NCBI RefSeq assembly: GCF_009914755.1
Contig: NC_060925.1
Source of the DNA: the human T2T-CHM13v2.0 reference genome, Homo sapiens
Direction: 5' to 3' (one strand)
DNA: 64,000 nt
The position numbers were made by a program, and so were the translations under genes. Positions within the stretch are counted from its first letter, which is position 1. Each line of letters opens with the position of its first letter. The notes below the pieces were generated by a model. The model searched no databases. It saw only the letters and a list, made by a program, of their open reading frames with translations, and was not told the origin of the DNA. Below, piece by piece: positions 58,870-64,000 of the stretch.

Positions 58870-61800
58870 CAATGAACACGAATGGAATCATCATTGAATG
58901 GAATCGAATGGAATCATCGAGTGGAATCGAATGGAATTATGATCAAATGGAATCGAATGTAATCATCATCAAATGGAATCAAAAATAACCATCATCAATT
59001 GGTATTGAATGGAATTGTCATCAAATGGAATTCAAAGGAATCATCATCAAATGGAACCGAATGGAATCCTCATTGAATGGAAATGAAAGGGGTCATCATC
59101 TAATGGAATCGCATGGAATCATCATCAAATGGAATCTAATGGAATCATTGAACAGAATTGAATGGAATCGTCATCGAATGAATTGAATGCAATCATCGAA
59201 TGGTCTCGAATGGAATCATCTTCTAATGGAAAGGAATGGAATCATCGCATAGAATCGAATGGAATTATCATCGAATGGAATCGAATGGTATCAACACCAA
59301 ACGGAAAAAAACGGAATTATCGAATGGAATCGAAGAGAATCTTCGAACGGACCCGAATGGAATCATCTAATGGAATGGAATGGAATAATCCATGGACTCG
59401 AATGCAATCATCATCGAATGGAATCGAATGGAATCATCGAATGGACTCGAATGGAATAATCATTGAACGGAATCGAATGGAATCATCATCGGATGGAAAC
59501 GAATGGAATCATCATCGAATGGAAATGAAAGGAGTCATCATCTAATGCAATTGCATGGAATCATCATCAAATGGAATCGAATGGAATCAACATCAAATGG
59601 AATCTAATGGAATCATTGAACAGAATTGAATGGAATCGTCATCGAATGAATTGAATGCAATCATCGAATGGTCTCGAATGGAATCATCTTCAAATGGAAT
59701 GGAATGGAATCATCGCATAGAATCGAATGGAATTATCATCGAATGGAATCGAATGGAATCAACATCAAACGGAAAAAAACGGAATTATCGAATGGAATCG
59801 AAGAGAATCATCGAATGGACCCGAATGGAATCATCTAATGGAATGGAATGGAATAATCCATGGACTCGAATGCAATCATCATCGAAGGGAATCGAATGGA
59901 ATCATCGAATGGACTCGAATGGAATAATCATTGAACGGAATCGAATGGAATCATCATCGGATGGAAATGAATGGAATCATCATCGAATGGAATCGAATAG
60001 AATTATGGAATGAAATCCAGTGTGATCATCATCGAATGGACCCGAATGGAATCATCATCCAACGGAAGCTAATGGAATCAACATCGAATGAATCAAATGG
60101 AAACACCATCGAATTGAAACGAATGGAATTATCATGAAATTGAAACGGATGGACTCATCATCGAATGGATTCGAATGGAATCATCGAATAAAATTGATTG
60201 AAATCATCATCGAATGGAATCGAATGGTATCATTGAATGGAATCGAATGGAATCATCATCAGATGGAAATGAATGGAATCGTCATAGAATGGAATCGAAT
60301 GGATTCATTGAATGGAATCAGATGGAATCATCGAATGGACTGGAATGGAATCATTGAATGGACTCGAAAGGGATCATGATTGAATGGAATTGAATGGAAT
60401 CATCGAATGGTCTCGATTGGAATCATTATCAAATGGAATCGAATGGAATCACCGAATAGAATCGAATGGAACAATCATCGAATGGACTCAAATGGAATTA
60501 TCCTCAAATGGAATCGAATGGAATTATCAAATGCAATCGAATGGAATTATCGAATGCAATCGAATAGAATCATCGAATGGACTCGAATGGAATCATCGAA
60601 TGGAATGGAATGGAACAGTCAATGAACTCGAATGGAATCATCATTGAATGGAATCGAATGGAATCATCGAGTGGAATCGAATGGAATTATGATCAAATGG
60701 AATCGAATGTAATCATCATCAAATGGAATCAAAAATAACCATCATCAATTGGTATTGAATGGAATTGTCATCAAATGGAATTCAAAGGAATCATCATCAA
60801 ATGGAACCGAATGGAATCCTCATTGAATGGAAATGAAAGGGGTCATCATCTAATGGAATCGCATGGAATCATCATCAAATGGAATCGAATGGAATCATCA
60901 TCAAATGGAATCTAATGGAATCATTGAACAGAATTGAATGGAATGGTCATCGAATGAATTGAATGCAATCATCGAATGGTCTCGAATGGAATCATCTTCT
61001 AATGGAAAGGAATGGAATCATCGCATAGAATCGAATGGAATTATCATCGAATGGAATCGAATGGTATCAACACCAAACGGAAAAAAACGGAATTATCGAA
61101 TGGAATCGAAGAGAATCTTCGAACGGACCCGAATGGAATCATCTAATGGAATGGAATGGAATAATCCATGGACTCGAATGCAATCATCATCGAATGGAAT
61201 CGAATGGAAAAATCGAATGGACTCGAATGGAATAATCATTGAACGGAATGGAATGGAATCATCATCGGATGGAAACGAATGGAATCATCATCGAATGGAA
61301 ATGAAAGGAGTCATCATCTAATGGAATTGCATGGAATCATCATAAAATGGAATCGAATGGAATCAACATCAAATGGAATCAAATGGAATCATTGAACGGA
61401 ATTGAATGGAATCGTCATCGAATGAATTGACTGCAATCATCGAATGGTCTCGAATGGAATCATCTTCAAATGGAATGGAATGGAATCATCGCATAGAATC
61501 GAATGGAATTATCATCGAATGGAATCGAATGGAATCAACATCAAACGGAAAAAAACAGAATTATCGTATGGAATCGAAGAGAATCATCGAATGGACCCGA
61601 ATGGAATCATCTAATGGAATGGAATGGAATAATCCATGGACTCGAATGCAATCATCATCGAATGGAATCGAATGGAATCATCGAATGGACTCGAATGGAA
61701 TAATCATTGAACGGAATCGAATGGAATCATCATTGGATGGAAATGAATGGAATCATCATCGAATGGAATCGAATAGAATTATGGAATGAAATCCAGTGTG

Positions 61801-64000
61801 ATCATCATCGAATGGACCCGAATGGAATCATCATCCAACGGAAGCTAATGGAATCAACATCGAATGAATCGAATGGAAACACCATCGAATTGAAACGAAT
61901 GGAATTATCATGAAATTGAAATGGATGGACTCATCATCGAATGGATTCGAATGGAATCATCGAATAAAATTGATTGAAATCATCATCCAATGGAATCGAA
62001 TGGTATCATTGAATGGAATCGAATGGAATCATGATCAGATGGAAATGAATGGAATCGTCATAGAATGGAATCGAATGGATTCATTGAATGGAATCAGATG
62101 GAATCATCGAATGGACTGGAATGGAATCATTGAATGGACTCGAAAGGGATCATGATTGAATGGAATTGAATGGAATCATCGAATGGTCTCGATTGGAATC
62201 ATTATCAAATGGAATCGAATGGAATCACCGAATAGAATCGAATGGAACAATCATCGAATGGACTCAAATGGAATTATCCTCAAATGGAATCGAATGGAAT
62301 TATCGAATGCAATCGAATGGAATTAACGAATGCAATCGAATAGAATCATCGAATGGACTCGAATGGAATCATCGAATGGAATGGAATGGAACAGTCAATG
62401 AACACGAATGGAATCATCATTGAATGGAATCGAATGGAATCATCGAGTGGAATCGAATGGAATTATGATCAAATGGAATCGAATGTAATCATCATCAAAT
62501 GGAATCAAAAATAACCATCATCAATTGGTATTGAATGGAATTGTCATCAAATGGAATTCAAAGGAATCATCATCAAATGGAACCGAATGGAATCCTCATT
62601 GAATGGAAATGAAAGGGGTCATCATCTAATGGAATCGCATGGAATCATCATCAAATGGAATCGAATGGAATCATCATCAAATGGAATCTAATGGAATCAT
62701 TGAACAGAATTGAATGGAATCGTCATCGAATGAATTGAATGCAATCATCGAATGGTCTCGAATGGAATCATCTTCTAATGGAAAGGAATGGAATCATCGC
62801 ATAGAATCGAATGGAATTATCATCGAATGGAATCGAATGGTATCAACACCAAACGGAAAAAAACGGAATTATCGAATGGAATCGAAGAGAATCTTCGAAC
62901 GGACCCGAATGGAATCATCTAATGGAATGGAATGGAATAATCCATGGACTCGAATGCAATCATCATCGAATGGAATCGAATGGAATCATCGAATGGACTC
63001 GAATGGAATAATCATTGAACGGAATCGAATGGAATCATCATCGGATGGAAACGAATGGAATCATCATCGAATGGAAATGAAAGGAGTCATAATCTAATGC
63101 AATTGCATGGAATCATCATCAAATGGAATCGAATGGAATCAACATCAAATGGAATCAAATGGAATCTTTGAACAGAATTGAATGGAATCGTCATCGAATG
63201 AATTGAATGCAATCATCGAATGGTCTCGAATGGAATCATCTTCAAATGGAATGGAATGGAATCATCGCATAGAATCGAATGGAATTATCATCGAATGGAA
63301 TCGAATGGAATCAACATCAAACGGAAAAAAACGGAATTATCGAATGGAATCGAAGAGAATCATCGAATGGACCCGAATGGAATCATCTAATGGAATGGAA
63401 TGGAATAATCCATGGACTCGAATGCAATCATCATCGAAGGGAATCGAATGGAATCATCGAATGGACTCGAATGGAATAATCATTGAACGGAATCGAATGG
63501 AATCATCATCGGATGGAAATGAATGGAATCATCATCGAATGGAATCGAATAGAATTATGGAATGAAATCCAGTGTGATCATCATCGAATGGACCCGAATG
63601 GAATCATCATCCAACGGAAGCTAATGGAATCAACATCGAATGAATCAAATGGAAACACCATCGAATTGAAACGAATGGAATTATCATGAAATTGAAACGG
63701 ATGGACTCATCATCGAATGGATTCGAATGGAATCATCGAATAAAATTGATTGAAATCATCATCGAATGGAATCGAATGGTATCATTGAATGGAATCGAAT
63801 GGAATCATCATCAGATGGAAATGAATGGAATCGTCATAGAATGGAATCGAATGGATTCATTGAATGGAATCAGATGGAATCATCGAATGGACTGGAATGG
63901 AATCATTGAATGGACACGAAAGAGATCATGATTGAATGGAATTGAATGGAATCATCGAATGGTCTCGATTGGAATCATTATCAAATGGAATCGAATGGAA
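58870..64000 (+). repeat. Two-unit (3552-bp) periodicity at the window end
   Basis: ctaatgcaattgc (59548/63100), atcgaagggaatc (ORFs 59630/63182) and gaaacggatgg (ORFs 60134/63686) are present in alternate units and absent from the intervening unit. Confidence 0.8.

Larger units (their letters stand above)
1..64000 (+). repeat. Human Satellite II (HSat2/HSATII) pericentromeric tandem array, 1.77-kb-period family (probably chr1q12 HSat2A2 / D1Z1)
   Basis: Every line consists of diverged GAATG pentamers interrupted by (ATC)1-3, e.g. GAATGGAATCATCATCGAATGGAATC (reverse complement CATTCGATGATGATTCCATTC-type), with dense TCGA, which distinguishes HSat2 from the (GGAAT)n-rich HSat3. Landmarks (aaatccagtgtgatc, aacggaagctaatgg, gaacagtcaatg, aaaaataaccatc) recur mostly every 1776 bp. 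The family call is very secure; the chromosome/subfamily call rests on the known 1.77-kb EcoRI periodicity of 1q12 Sat2. Confidence 0.97.

Noticed and set aside
15-63931. Hundreds of 60-163 aa ORFs (MESSSNGMEWNHRIES..., MKLKWMDSSSNGFEW...)
   Set aside because: Low-complexity translations of GAATGGAATCATC repeats, open in overlapping frames and broken at random by stops and frameshifts between copies; no recognisable domain. Any database hits would likely be spurious satellite-derived or contaminant proteins.
1-64000. CRISPR-like array or repeat-associated prokaryotic system
   Set aside because: No unique spacers between repeats, and no cas, reverse-transcriptase, nuclease or other genes; everything is satellite.
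1-64000. Embedded L1/Alu/other insertion, unique island or strand inversion
   Set aside because: Reading through, I found no non-HSat2 segment, poly(A) tail, target-site duplication or CATTC-oriented block; all anchor spacings are explained by satellite modules.
1-64000. Assignment to HSat3 (e.g. DYZ1, chr9) or alpha satellite
   Set aside because: Pure GGAAT runs are at most 3-4 copies and ATCATCGA interruptions dominate; no 171-bp period was seen.

Overview
The whole 64 kb window is one uninterrupted, single-orientation array of human-type Satellite II (HSat2/HSATII), with the GAATG/ATCGAATGG purine-rich strand on +. I found no genes, RNA genes, transposons or unique sequence, and the ORFs in the track are by-products of the repeat. 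The dominant period is 1776 bp with about one EcoRI site per unit, which matches the known 1.77-kb chromosome 1q12 family (pUC1.77/D1Z1, HSat2A2); that locus assignment is from recall and was not aligned. What is worth a second look is the architecture. Each unit is an ~840-bp core plus 1-3 copies of a 468-bp subrepeat (or its 442-bp variant), giving 1308/1776/2218-bp units. On top of this are multi-unit duplications (offsets 4860, 2218, 11070, 5301, 3083, 3524, 4762 and 3552 bp), a sequence-variant domain switch near 23.3 kb, patches of a divergent subrepeat type, and indels sized to the 5/23/26-bp ground period. I see no evidence for a new protein-coding or RNA system. Periods were obtained by subtracting coordinates of homologous ORF starts and checked by eye; no alignment was run.
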